A program made the position numbers and the translations under genes. Positions 26,565 to 35,634 of a stretch of 64,000 nucleotides of DNA are shown here, in pieces; within the stretch, counting starts at the first letter, position 1, and every line of letters starts with the position of its first letter. A model generated the notes under the pieces. It was not told where the DNA came from. It saw only the letters and a program-made list of their open reading frames with translations, and made no database searches. Source of the DNA: a virus. The stretch is taken from IMG/VR virus record IMGVR_UViG_3300027833_000015, positions 1 to 64,000 of that record, one strand, 5' to 3'.

Positions 26565-26636
26565 TCAGAACACCTATTATCCCGCAAATAGGGTACAAGG
26601 ACAAGTTCGAGAAAACTGAATGAAATCAACAACTTA
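26565..26636 (-). promoter_or_regulatory. Repeated promoter cassette with IHF-like box (copy 3)
   Basis: TAAGTTGTTGATT...AACTTGTCC-N17-GATAAT. Confidence 0.72.
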
Positions 26637-26876
26637 CTCAATATCGGGAACCACACAGTGATATGTGTGGACTTTCCACGGGACGGTTCCGTATCTGACC
26701 CCGACTCGAACCACAGCGTGACCATCCTTCTCATAAGAACCTCCCGCATCTTCGCACTCAATCTGTGCTGACACACCGATATAGTACGGCACAGAGAGTA
26801 CTGCCACCGCCAAAGCAGGAACACCGAATACCATTGCACGCTCTACCCAGTCGCACTTCTTCCAGAAATTTAACAT
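26634..26876 (-). CDS. Small membrane protein
   Basis: One TM segment followed by C..AGG..C. Confidence 0.6.
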   Translation of the reverse strand: MLNFWKKCDWVERAMVFGVPALAVAVLSVPYYIGVSAQIECEDAGGSYEKDGHAVVRVGVRYGTVPWKVHTYHCVVPDIE

Positions 26877-27421
26877 GTTAGCGAGGATACCAGATAATCG
26901 ACAACGATCTGTGTATCATTTGGTGATTCATGGGGGAACTCAACCACGCAACCGAGTTCAGTACCAAACAGCGTGTGCTGGTCGCCAAACTTCTCGAGGA
27001 TATTCTTGCATTTGGTGCGTGTAGTCTGGATGAATTTCTCAGACTGGTCGGAACCACGCTGCCTGTATCTGCGCTCACGTTCTGCGTCCGATACGGTCAG
27101 GTGGATAATGGTGAGGTCGTCACCTGCTGCTTCGAAGAAACCTGCATTGTTGAGTCGGTCACCCTCACCAATTATGAACTCATCTGGTTTGGTGGAGATC
27201 CACTCAACTGCTTTGGGTGCCACTGCCATACTCAATCGGTCAGTGCCACTGAATGTTTCCTCTTCGGAATATTTGCCAAGGACACGGACGTTCCCTGCCA
27301 CGTGTGTATCAAGCAGGTCAATTGGGCGGTCATGCGTCCACTCACCTTGAGTCTTCATAAACTCTTTCATGATGGTGGACTTGCCAGTTCCAGGAATGCC
27401 AATTAGGTAGATCAGTTTCAT
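26870..27421 (-). CDS. P-loop kinase, putative 5-hydroxymethyluracil-DNA kinase-like
   Basis: GIPGTGKST, LGKY, FSGTDRLSMAV, EGDRL, R..RGS.Q; ATGA-coupled to the transferase. Confidence 0.8.
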   Translation of the reverse strand: MKLIYLIGIPGTGKSTIMKEFMKTQGEWTHDRPIDLLDTHVAGNVRVLGKYSEEETFSGTDRLSMAVAPKAVEWISTKPDEFIIGEGDRLNNAGFFEAAGDDLTIIHLTVSDAERERRYRQRGSDQSEKFIQTTRTKCKNILEKFGDQHTLFGTELGCVVEFPHESPNDTQIVVDYLVSSLTC

Positions 27422-28413
27422 ACAAAGAATGCCTCAAGACCGCCAACAGTGCGATCGTCTGGTTCAAAATTACCTGTGTCAAGAAACAGGTTGTACAGGT
27501 CAGGGTCGACTGTATCCAGCAACCACTTTGACTCCAGTGATTCCTTGCGGGCATCCCACAGTGGTGTCCAGTCGATGCCTTCCCAGTTATCTGCTTCTGC
27601 TTTCTTGATCTCTTCTGCCTGACGGTCAATGTAGAAACCAAGGTAGCGACCACGACTGCGTCGATATAATTTCTTGAAAGAACACAGACTGGTTTCCATA
27701 GCAAAGAAGTCTGCCTTGTCAGCAACGTGCGGATACCGCAACTTCACTTCTTGTAGTATCTCCCTGCCATTTGCTTCAAGGAAGTCAATCTGAGTGGCGT
27801 CGAGTTTCACATTGTTCTTCTTCGAGTCGACCCACTCAGGTTTGTCCATAGCGTAGCACATACCATTGCGATGCGACTTGGATCCACTACGGTCATGGAA
27901 CCACAGACTGTCAACGTCAACATCAATGCCGCACGTCTGCTTGAGTGTCTGTATGTAGAACCAAGTGGTGTAGCGACCAAACTTGTGCCATGAGTTGACC
28001 GTATCCCACAGAGTGTAGAAGTCCTTGACAGGGTCACCAACAAAGTTGGCAGTGATTGCTTCGTGCTGTGTACGGTCACCAACATAGTCCCTGTACGACT
28101 CAAACTGTGCAGGCAGGTGTCCTTTGTTCCACTTGGTGTCAGTCTGGTAACGCAACCGCTTGTAGTTGGTGTTGTTCCAATCGCGTAAACGCTCCAGACC
28201 TACCAACTCCATATCTGGAAATTCGTTCCAAACAACATATGAAGTTGGCCAAAAGTAGGTAGTGCCATATATCCAAGAGATCCACAGACGCTGCTCTGTG
28301 TTGTACTCGAAACGGTCAAAGAAATAATTCTGTAGATACAGTGATGGATCACAGTCTTCGATTTCAAGACCACGACCAAACCACTGAGTGAATATTTCCT
28401 TGCTGTCTGTCAT
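27418..28413 (-). CDS. Amino acid:DNA transferase / aGPT-pyrophosphorylase-like protein (HhH glycosylase-like fold)
   Basis: DCDP, KFGRYTTWFY, ETSLCSFKK, RYLGFY.DR motifs; linked to P-loop kinase. Confidence 0.75.
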   Translation of the reverse strand: MTDSKEIFTQWFGRGLEIEDCDPSLYLQNYFFDRFEYNTEQRLWISWIYGTTYFWPTSYVVWNEFPDMELVGLERLRDWNNTNYKRLRYQTDTKWNKGHLPAQFESYRDYVGDRTQHEAITANFVGDPVKDFYTLWDTVNSWHKFGRYTTWFYIQTLKQTCGIDVDVDSLWFHDRSGSKSHRNGMCYAMDKPEWVDSKKNNVKLDATQIDFLEANGREILQEVKLRYPHVADKADFFAMETSLCSFKKLYRRSRGRYLGFYIDRQAEEIKKAEADNWEGIDWTPLWDARKESLESKWLLDTVDPDLYNLFLDTGNFEPDDRTVGGLEAFFV

Positions 28414-29057
28414 AGAAATGCCTCAAGAGAGAAATGGGTTGGTTCAAATAATGCTTCACGGAACCAGTAGTCGCCCACTGCTTCAATGGCAGTCTCGACC
28501 TTCTCTGTTTTCTTAACACCAAACTTGTGCAGTTCAATGCATTCATCTCTGAGTTTATCAGCAACCTTTTGCGGAGGCAGGGCAACTTCATTGTCTTTGA
28601 TTGCCAACTCACGGAACGTCAACTGCTCGTGCTTGTTTGGAAATATTGGCACGTCACAGCGCAGGGAACCACTGGGGTCAACTGCCCAGAAGATGGTGCC
28701 GTTGCGTTTGTGCCATGTCACTGACGATGGAGTACATGACATCTTCAGTCGCTGCATACCCTGCGTGTGTGCTTCTGCCATCACGTCCCAGTATACAATG
28801 GAAGCGTATCCATTACCTTCTTTGCCTTCAAGCGTGACAATCTCATACAGGTTGGCATACTTTGATCGAGCACTGAATGTGATGAAGACCAGAGCAACTG
28901 GTTCTTCACCATCGAGCAACACAAACGGTGGGTTCTTTGTATAGTTCTTAAATCGAAACCACAGGTTGTGCGACGACTTGAGGAACTTGGTGTTAGTTCC
29001 TTCGGGTTGTTCCGCGATCAGTTTCTCAACTTGCTCTTGGTTGTACCGTGTGATCAT
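28410..29057 (-). CDS. GNAT-fold acyltransferase-like protein
   Basis: NLYEIVT...EGNGYAS (motif A-like), S..WHKRNG. Confidence 0.65.
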   Translation of the reverse strand: MITRYNQEQVEKLIAEQPEGTNTKFLKSSHNLWFRFKNYTKNPPFVLLDGEEPVALVFITFSARSKYANLYEIVTLEGKEGNGYASIVYWDVMAEAHTQGMQRLKMSCTPSSVTWHKRNGTIFWAVDPSGSLRCDVPIFPNKHEQLTFRELAIKDNEVALPPQKVADKLRDECIELHKFGVKKTEKVETAIEAVGDYWFREALFEPTHFSLEAFL

Positions 29058-29728
29058 TGCAAATCTACCAACATGTCGTTTTCTGAAAAGTAAGTGCGGT
29101 CTTCGACCAGTCCACTGTAGTCATTATATATGTACCTGACCATTGGATCGCATTTCACTGCTTTCCCCATGCCAGATCTCTCTATTATATCCGAAGTAGA
29201 TGCAAAGATCAACCCACCAAGGTCAGACGCCATCCACAGTGGACGCTCATGGTTGCGCCATCCTGTCAGATTACCATCCACATCAATGGCGGTCACTGCC
29301 ATAGAACGTTCGCGATACGCCTCGAGGGGAGTGTCTCCTGCCTCGATGCATCGTAGTATCAACTCAGAGTCGTTTTTAGTTTCTGTTTCATATTCCCAAA
29401 CGTCTGGGTCTTGGGAGATAACACCGTTGTGGGCAATTGCCATCTCGCGACCTTGGAATGGTTGGTTGTGTCGCAGGTCAGAGGTAGAGTATCGAATGTG
29501 ACCAATCAGCGTGAGTGTGTCGCCATCAACCCAGTCAGCAACGTTGTACTTGTCCATGAACTTGTCGGCACTGATGCCTTCTTTGATTGTGGTGAGTTTG
29601 CCTTGTTTCAGAAAGGTAACACCCGTGGCATGCTTGCCGCGAATCATGCTCTGTAGAAATAGATTCTTGACCAGAGCGTGGTGTACAGGGCGAATTCTGG
29701 GTATATGTACACCAATTACTCCGCACAT
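29054..29728 (-). CDS. Stand-alone class II (Ntn) glutamine amidotransferase
   Basis: Start reassigned to MCGVIG (Cys1 nucleophile); RG.HATG, GHIRYSTS, NQP, HNGVI, DSE. Confidence 0.88.
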   Translation of the reverse strand: MCGVIGVHIPRIRPVHHALVKNLFLQSMIRGKHATGVTFLKQGKLTTIKEGISADKFMDKYNVADWVDGDTLTLIGHIRYSTSDLRHNQPFQGREMAIAHNGVISQDPDVWEYETETKNDSELILRCIEAGDTPLEAYRERSMAVTAIDVDGNLTGWRNHERPLWMASDLGGLIFASTSDIIERSGMGKAVKCDPMVRYIYNDYSGLVEDRTYFSENDMLVDLQ

Positions 29729-29880
29729 GGTATTTCGATCCACTCATATATGAATTTGGGATATGCAAAGTTTGCTTTGCGGTTGGTGTATGTGGCCACG
29801 AGTGACAGTTGGAAACGCGAGTTGTGTTCAAAGAAAGTCACTGTACCGTTTCTATTCTGTTTGTACCAAATCTTCTTCAC
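29716..29880 (-). CDS. Small hypothetical protein
   Basis: GTG start overlapping DUF3310 stop (GTGA); 54 aa. Confidence 0.4.
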   Translation of the reverse strand: MKKIWYKQNRNGTVTFFEHNSRFQLSLVATYTNRKANFAYPKFIYEWIEIPCAE

Positions 29881-30149
29881 ACACCTTCTTCCAAATCATG
29901 TACGTGCAGGGCAATCAGACCATAGTGCAGAACCTTCAACAAGTCCTTCCTGTTCTTACCTTCCTTCTTGCCATATCGTTGGGTGTACTTGATGACGTTC
30001 CCGAGACAGAAACCTTCACCGTGTCCTGCGTCAATGACAAACTCAGTTGTCTGCACCTTGTCCTGCGAGTAGTGCTGACCATATGTGACATCCACATACT
30101 CTTGGAGTTCTTTGATCAGTGCGTCTTCGTCATACTTATAATCTATCAT
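29877..30149 (-). CDS. DUF3310 / T7 gp1.7-like protein
   Basis: HY, GFCLGNVIKY..RYGKK.G....DL.K..HY. Confidence 0.85.
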   Translation of the reverse strand: MIDYKYDEDALIKELQEYVDVTYGQHYSQDKVQTTEFVIDAGHGEGFCLGNVIKYTQRYGKKEGKNRKDLLKVLHYGLIALHVHDLEEGV

Positions 30150-30156
30150 AATAATC

Positions 30157-31554
30157 CTATCCAAAAAATTCATCAAGAGTACCAGCAACATCGAACGACT
30201 CGGGGTGATACTTTCGAGTCATCTCCTCACCACCGTTGTCAGTCAACCAGTCATACCACTCATTGTCGTCCCACATGCTCGGTGATACACCGTTCCAGTA
30301 TGGTCGCCACAGTTTGTGTTCTTCGTTCAGTCGACGCGAGTCAACGTATGCTCGACGCAGGTGCTCATATTCCCATGTGCCCAACTTCAACATATCTTCG
30401 CGGAAGTAGAACACAAGTGACATACGCATCAGGTCGTCTTCGCCAGAGTCAGGTGCCTCAATTGGAGTGTTAGCATGCATGACGCGCATGTTGTCCACCA
30501 ACAGTAGATCACCTGGACGGATATTGATGGCAGCACGAACTTCAGGGCATACCAACATACCACCCTTCCAGTCTTTCTTACCATCACTGATAACAGTCAG
30601 GTTGCTGAAACCTTCGTTCAACGAACCAGAGTCACGGTGACATGCCATACGCGCATTGCGGTCTTTGGTTGTCGTGTTGACTGTGATGGTAGTGAACGTG
30701 GTGTCTTCACCAATGAGGAACTTTGGATCCATTTGGTCAGCACACTTCTTCTGTCGTGCATGGCGAACTGGTAGCAGGTCAACAAAGGTTTGATCTAGTC
30801 GACGTGCGAACGGATAGCATTTCTCAAACACTTCACGGTTGTGATCAGTGAATGCAGTAGCACGACCATAAGGTATGCGAGGATAACGACCATAGAACCC
30901 AGCAATGCCAGACCAAATAGCAGTGGCATACATAGTATCTGAAATGAATTCTTTGCGTATCTTTGCAACATAAGTCTTTGCTTCCTCGAGTGTCATCACT
31001 CGCAGTTTGGTGAGCAGTAGTGGAAAGAACTCAGTGTATGTACCAAACTCTGGTTCGACTTTGGTGCGCAACCAAACACCACCACGATTCTCATCGTCAT
31101 CTGGTATGGCAGCAAACTCAGCAAGGGCATCAGAACCATCAATATTTGGTGGTTGTCCGTTCTCGAACCATGTCAGGACATTGATCTGGTATTGTGTGAC
31201 CCAGTCGCGATTGCCCTGTGACTCTTCACGTGGTCCCGCTGCCATGCCTCTGTTGTTTGATTCAATAGCAGCATCGAACAGACCAGCATATGCACCGTCT
31301 TGTTCTTCTTGCGTGAAAATGTTTTTACGGAACTTGAAAGCAATTCGATCTTCGTTCAGTCCTTCGTCTTCAACACCAGTGGATGGCATGTAGAAGTCTG
31401 CGTCTTGGTCAACGACAATGTCGAAGTGACTTTCGTCTGGGTATTGACCTTTGAGTGCTTCGGAGTCTTCGATGAACAGGGCAACATATACATCTTGTCC
31501 CTCATCACCAATGCTCTTCTCCCAAGAGCGACCACCTATTGTTACTATATTCAT
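30157..31554 (-). CDS. Tet/JBP-family 2OG-Fe(II) dioxygenase
   Basis: FTTITVN..R.ACHRD.G (HxD), GG.L..PE...A.NIRPGDLLL, HANTPI, RMSLVFYFRE; start MNIVTIGG with GAGG SD. Confidence 0.88.
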   Translation of the reverse strand: MNIVTIGGRSWEKSIGDEGQDVYVALFIEDSEALKGQYPDESHFDIVVDQDADFYMPSTGVEDEGLNEDRIAFKFRKNIFTQEEQDGAYAGLFDAAIESNNRGMAAGPREESQGNRDWVTQYQINVLTWFENGQPPNIDGSDALAEFAAIPDDDENRGGVWLRTKVEPEFGTYTEFFPLLLTKLRVMTLEEAKTYVAKIRKEFISDTMYATAIWSGIAGFYGRYPRIPYGRATAFTDHNREVFEKCYPFARRLDQTFVDLLPVRHARQKKCADQMDPKFLIGEDTTFTTITVNTTTKDRNARMACHRDSGSLNEGFSNLTVISDGKKDWKGGMLVCPEVRAAINIRPGDLLLVDNMRVMHANTPIEAPDSGEDDLMRMSLVFYFREDMLKLGTWEYEHLRRAYVDSRRLNEEHKLWRPYWNGVSPSMWDDNEWYDWLTDNGGEEMTRKYHPESFDVAGTLDEFFG

Positions 31555-31578
31555 TGTTGTTCCTCGAGTAGAGCATAT

Positions 31579-31607
31579 ATTATATAAGAAACGGATTGGG
31601 ATGTCAA
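31579..31607 (-). promoter_or_regulatory. Sigma70-type promoter of the modification operon
   Basis: TTGACA-N17-TATAAT perfect consensus. Confidence 0.8.
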
Positions 31608-31784
31608 CTATAAATCCCACATCGTCAGTCTACCTTCGTACAGACCCCATCGCTGGTGCTTTGTTTCGAGGACGTTTCCGTTGAAGTACAGGATCTTGAC
31701 CTTTGCTGTTCTCATCTCATTATAAAGCGTTGACAGGTCATTATATTTCTCACGCTTTGGTTTGTAGTTTTTAGATTTGCTCAT
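31608..31784 (-). CDS. Small hypothetical protein
   Basis: Own translation MSKSKNYKPKREKYNDL...LTMWDL, 58 aa. Confidence 0.45.
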   Translation of the reverse strand: MSKSKNYKPKREKYNDLSTLYNEMRTAKVKILYFNGNVLETKHQRWGLYEGRLTMWDL

Positions 31785-33507
31785 CGGACACCTTCTTGAT
31801 CTGAGAGAAGTTTTTCACTTTGGCGAATTCGATCTTGGCAGCAAACTTGCCTTCTAGTATCTCACCCTTGTGCGAGATAATGAACACGTTGGTGTCATCG
31901 CCCAACGTGTGGATGATCTTCAACAGGTTATCAATACCAGACTCGTCCAGAGAAGAGTCAAAGGTTTCGTCCAGTATCAACAGGTTGGTGCTGATGCTGT
32001 TCTTCATCTTGGCAATCTGCCTCCACGTGAACAACAATGCCAAGTCGATGCGCTGCTTCTCTCCCTCGGAGAAAGATGCGTATGAGAATGAATCCCTGTG
32101 ACGCGAACGGATAGTTTCTTCGAACTTTTCATCAAGGTCGAAGTGGACATAGAAGTCGAGGATAGACAGGTACTGATTAACCAGTTTGTTGATGACAGGC
32201 AGGTACTGCTTGATCACCTTAGTCTTGATGCCACTGTCTTTGAGCATCTCAGAGATGACCGTATTATATGCTGCTTGGTCATTCATCGTGTTGCGGTGAT
32301 CCATCAACTCGTGGTACTCTTTCATGAGCACGTCATATTCGTTATTCGCAGTTGCGAGGTCAGACGCACCACCACTCAGGGAAGCAATGTCAGCGCGATT
32401 CTTTTCTATGTTCTTATTGTGTGTCGCGATAGTCTGAAGATTGCCCTGTACATTCGTTAACAGAGATTGAACCTCCCTCATCTTCAACTCGTACTCTGTA
32501 ATATTAACAGTCACCTCATCACGGGAGGTTGCAACCTCTGCACCAGCAGACTGTAACTCTGCTGCTTGCTCTTTTGCTGTCTTCAGTTTACTTTCCTTCA
32601 GGGAAACGTCGATGTCTTGGTCGCAGGTCTCACAGTGATCATTCACCTCATAGAATTTAGCAGTCTTGACCAATGCTTTGATCTTTGTATTGAACTCTGA
32701 CTCGAAACCATTGAGTCGGGCGAGTTGCTTGCGTTGATCTTCCAGTAGTGGAGCGATCTCTAGACTTATATCATTCGCCTTGCTTTGGTTGGTCGCATTC
32801 TCACCAACGAGTTGTTCGATCTCAGCAGTAGTCTCAGCAATGTAGTCGTCTTTCTGTTTCTTGGCATCGTGATTCAACTTTGAAATGTCGCGGATGTATT
32901 TCTTCTGCGAGTCAGTCTTGGTTTCGTTTATGGCAATCTTGTGGTACACAGCGTTGACCTGTTCCTTCAACGTTGCGTTCTTCTCTTTGAGCAGACCGTT
33001 CATCTTCGAGAACACACCAATATCCAGCAGGTCTTCAATCACGTCACGACGATTCAGGGCAGACAACTGCATGAATGGCACGAACGATGAGGAACCGAGT
33101 ACAACCACTTGGTGGAAGGTCTTGTGGTTCAACTTGAGGATGTTCTGCTCGAGGACTTTCTGATACTCTTTGTTGTGCGAGTTCTGGTTGATCATCGTAC
33201 CATTGGCATAGATCTCAAACTTGACTGGTTTGATACCGCGCACAACTTTGTACTCTTTGTTGCCTATGGCAAACTCAACCTCAACCTGCATGCCCTTGTT
33301 GTTGATAGAGTTTACCAACTGTGCCTTGCTTATGCTTCTGTGTGACTTACCAAACAGACCATATGATATGGCATCCAGCATAGTCGACTTACCAGCACCG
33401 TTCTGACCAACGATCAGGGTGTGCTCACTTTTGTTCAGGAATATCTCCGTCCAGTTATCTCCCGTTGATAAGAAATTCTTGTATCGGATGGTCTTGAAAA
33501 TAATCAT
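31771..33507 (-). CDS. 46: Recombination ATPase, Rad50/SbcC-like (gp46)
   Basis: GQNGAGKST, CETC zinc hook, FSEGEKQRIDL, LDETFDSSLD. Confidence 0.97.
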   Translation of the reverse strand: MIIFKTIRYKNFLSTGDNWTEIFLNKSEHTLIVGQNGAGKSTMLDAISYGLFGKSHRSISKAQLVNSINNKGMQVEVEFAIGNKEYKVVRGIKPVKFEIYANGTMINQNSHNKEYQKVLEQNILKLNHKTFHQVVVLGSSSFVPFMQLSALNRRDVIEDLLDIGVFSKMNGLLKEKNATLKEQVNAVYHKIAINETKTDSQKKYIRDISKLNHDAKKQKDDYIAETTAEIEQLVGENATNQSKANDISLEIAPLLEDQRKQLARLNGFESEFNTKIKALVKTAKFYEVNDHCETCDQDIDVSLKESKLKTAKEQAAELQSAGAEVATSRDEVTVNITEYELKMREVQSLLTNVQGNLQTIATHNKNIEKNRADIASLSGGASDLATANNEYDVLMKEYHELMDHRNTMNDQAAYNTVISEMLKDSGIKTKVIKQYLPVINKLVNQYLSILDFYVHFDLDEKFEETIRSRHRDSFSYASFSEGEKQRIDLALLFTWRQIAKMKNSISTNLLILDETFDSSLDESGIDNLLKIIHTLGDDTNVFIISHKGEILEGKFAAKIEFAKVKNFSQIKKVSDEQI

Positions 33508-34568
33508 TAAACAACGTCCTGTGATTGTGCTTCAGTCATGAGGTCAAGGACTTCACTTTTAATACGTTCCTTGTTGAGTACAGTCTCGACATTATCGACA
33601 TATGCGCTGAGAAGTGAAGAAGTGTCTTCGACCTCGAGTCCATCGTCAGCAACGTTTGTACCTTCAAACTCGGAGAAGTCCTCTTGTATCTTGAGGTCAT
33701 ATGTGTCACGCTGTTGTATGCGATCAATGAATCGATCGAACGTGAACGAGTCTGCTTTCTTGATGACAACAACCTTGACGAATTGCTTGTCGAACCGAGC
33801 AGTGTCATACTCGCTGTAATCATTCTTGGTGTCATCATAGTAGACGCGCTGGAACAATGTCAGTGGGTTTTGTACAGGAAGCAATTCACGAGTATCCGTA
33901 TCAAGGATGTGGAAGAACTTATCATCGTGAGCATCGTTCCAGAAGAACTCCATCTGCGAACCAAGATAGTGGATGTTTTCTTGGTTTGACTTCACGTGGT
34001 AATGACCAGACAGAACCAACTCGAAACGGTGCAGGTTCTCAGCAGACATACCGTGTGTACAAGGCACACCGCGCAGCATGTCAAACCCATTGAGTTCGAA
34101 GTGACCGCCAATGACATCTGCCTTACAGTTGACAAGGAAGTCCATACACTCTTGTTCATTCTCAGGACAGATCCACGGAACAAGACCAACCTTCATGCCA
34201 TCGTAATCAAGTACAGAACAGTCCTGAACGATGTTGACTTCGTTCATGTAGTGACCCAGCAACTCCTTCAGGGAGTTTAGGTCGTTTGTGTTCTTGTAAT
34301 AGGTGTCGTGGTTTCCTGGAATTATATCCATGGTGATACCGTCAGAACGTAAACGCTCAAGGAACACTTTGCGGTTGCTGTTCAGTGCCTTGAAGTTTAT
34401 GAATCGACGGTTCTCATAGTAGTCGCCCAAGTGCAGTATCTGGGTGATGTTGTTGTCATTCAGGTAGGGAAAGAACACCTCGTTGTAGAAGCGTTCTTGG
34501 TACTCTATAAAAATGTCACTGCTGTTCCTGATACCACAATGTGTATCATTTAGGATTGCGATCTTAAT
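33507..34568 (-). CDS. 47: Recombination nuclease, Mre11/SbcD-like (gp47), apparent ATT start
   Basis: Frame extends upstream of the track start to (ATT)KIAILNDTHCGIRN; LGD, GNHD, SGHYH. Confidence 0.95.
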   Translation of the reverse strand: MKIAILNDTHCGIRNSSDIFIEYQERFYNEVFFPYLNDNNITQILHLGDYYENRRFINFKALNSNRKVFLERLRSDGITMDIIPGNHDTYYKNTNDLNSLKELLGHYMNEVNIVQDCSVLDYDGMKVGLVPWICPENEQECMDFLVNCKADVIGGHFELNGFDMLRGVPCTHGMSAENLHRFELVLSGHYHVKSNQENIHYLGSQMEFFWNDAHDDKFFHILDTDTRELLPVQNPLTLFQRVYYDDTKNDYSEYDTARFDKQFVKVVVIKKADSFTFDRFIDRIQQRDTYDLKIQEDFSEFEGTNVADDGLEVEDTSSLLSAYVDNVETVLNKERIKSEVLDLMTEAQSQDVV

Positions 34569-34571
34569 AAA

Positions 34572-35159
34572 TTACTCCTCGAAGAAAGCAGAGAGGTCAG
34601 AATCAACTCTCACTGTGCGCTTTGTTACCATTTTCTTCTTATAGTCTTTTATCTTGGTATCGTTTTCTTTGACATCGTCAATCCTGCGTCGCAGGTTATC
34701 GACAAATGATTGCACTGCCTTGGCGACCTGTGGATCTTCATTCGGGTCAACCATAAACTCTTCCAGACCAGACTCAGCAAGATAGTTCAGTTTGACATCT
34801 TGTTGACGCTGCTCTTTCTTGATGCGTCGAAGGAAAGCATACCATGCAATCTGGGTGAAGTAACCAAACGCATTTGGTTTGCCCTTGCGTGTTGCTGCTT
34901 CGACGTTATAGTTCTTGCATGCGCGGAGACAGTTCTCAACAGCATCCATGACCATCTCTTCACGATAGGTGTACCGCACAAAGTTAGACTTGTGTGACAA
35001 TCCTTCAGAGATCTTCAGGAAGCACTCAGCAACGTAACGTGGCATCTGTGGTATCTTTTCTCCTGCTGCTTCTGCCTCACGGACAGATATAACATGATCT
35101 ACAACTGATTGTGAGAACAGGGCATTATTAACATAATGTGGGCGTTCGCTGGGTTTCAT
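34572..35159 (-). CDS. 55: Late-transcription sigma factor (gp55)
   Basis: HYVNN, LSHKSNF..YTYREEMVMDAVENC, NAFGYFTQI...AFLRRI.KE. Confidence 0.96.
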   Translation of the reverse strand: MKPSERPHYVNNALFSQSVVDHVISVREAEAAGEKIPQMPRYVAECFLKISEGLSHKSNFVRYTYREEMVMDAVENCLRACKNYNVEAATRKGKPNAFGYFTQIAWYAFLRRIKKEQRQQDVKLNYLAESGLEEFMVDPNEDPQVAKAVQSFVDNLRRRIDDVKENDTKIKDYKKKMVTKRTVRVDSDLSAFFEE

Positions 35160-35192
35160 AATTTATTCCATTGTTTCATACGGTAGAACTCT

Positions 35193-35221
35193 ATTGTACA
35201 TCAAGTAGTATGTAATGTCAA
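35193..35221 (-). promoter_or_regulatory. Sigma70-type promoter upstream of gene 55
   Basis: TTGACA-N17-TACAAT-AGAGTT. Confidence 0.75.
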
Positions 35222-35634
35222 TCTTCGGTCAACAGTTTAGGTGGGAAGGAAAGTATATTGCCTCTTGGTGTGGGGTCGGGGTCACTGCCATCGTCAACAG
35301 GGTTGTCGTCGATCAACATCTCCTGTATGGCATCACAAGAACTGGTATACTGCTCAATCACCTTCTTGCTTGGTTTGTTGATACAAACAATCGAAGATGG
35401 GTTAACAGAAACAGCGACATCTAGTGCTTCAGGATATGATACAAACGGACGCAAGATATAATACGACTTGTTCAACTGCAACTCGTCATCTTCATACTCA
35501 ACAGCAACCATTTCAAGCGCATGACTGACAATGAACGTTTCTTTGGTTTCAATGTCGATGGACTGCGCGAGAATTTCTTGGCCAGTGGTTAGTTTGATCT
35601 GTAATATTTTCTCTATTTCTAATTCTATGTTCAT
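35218..35634 (-). CDS. Conserved hypothetical protein (Sm-like)
   Basis: QIKL.TGQEI N-terminus; conserved position after uvsW. Confidence 0.75.
   Translation of the reverse strand: MNIELEIEKILQIKLTTGQEILAQSIDIETKETFIVSHALEMVAVEYEDDELQLNKSYYILRPFVSYPEALDVAVSVNPSSIVCINKPSKKVIEQYTSSCDAIQEMLIDDNPVDDGSDPDPTPRGNILSFPPKLLTED

Noticed and set aside
23890-26636. Dispersed repeats as attC sites or IS ends
   Set aside because: Direct, non-palindromic repeats with -35/-10 geometry; no integrase or transposase.
34572-34574. Genome-wide stop-codon reassignment
   Set aside because: All core genes translate full-length in code 11 with TAA/TGA/TAG at expected ends; the only tRNA is Asn.
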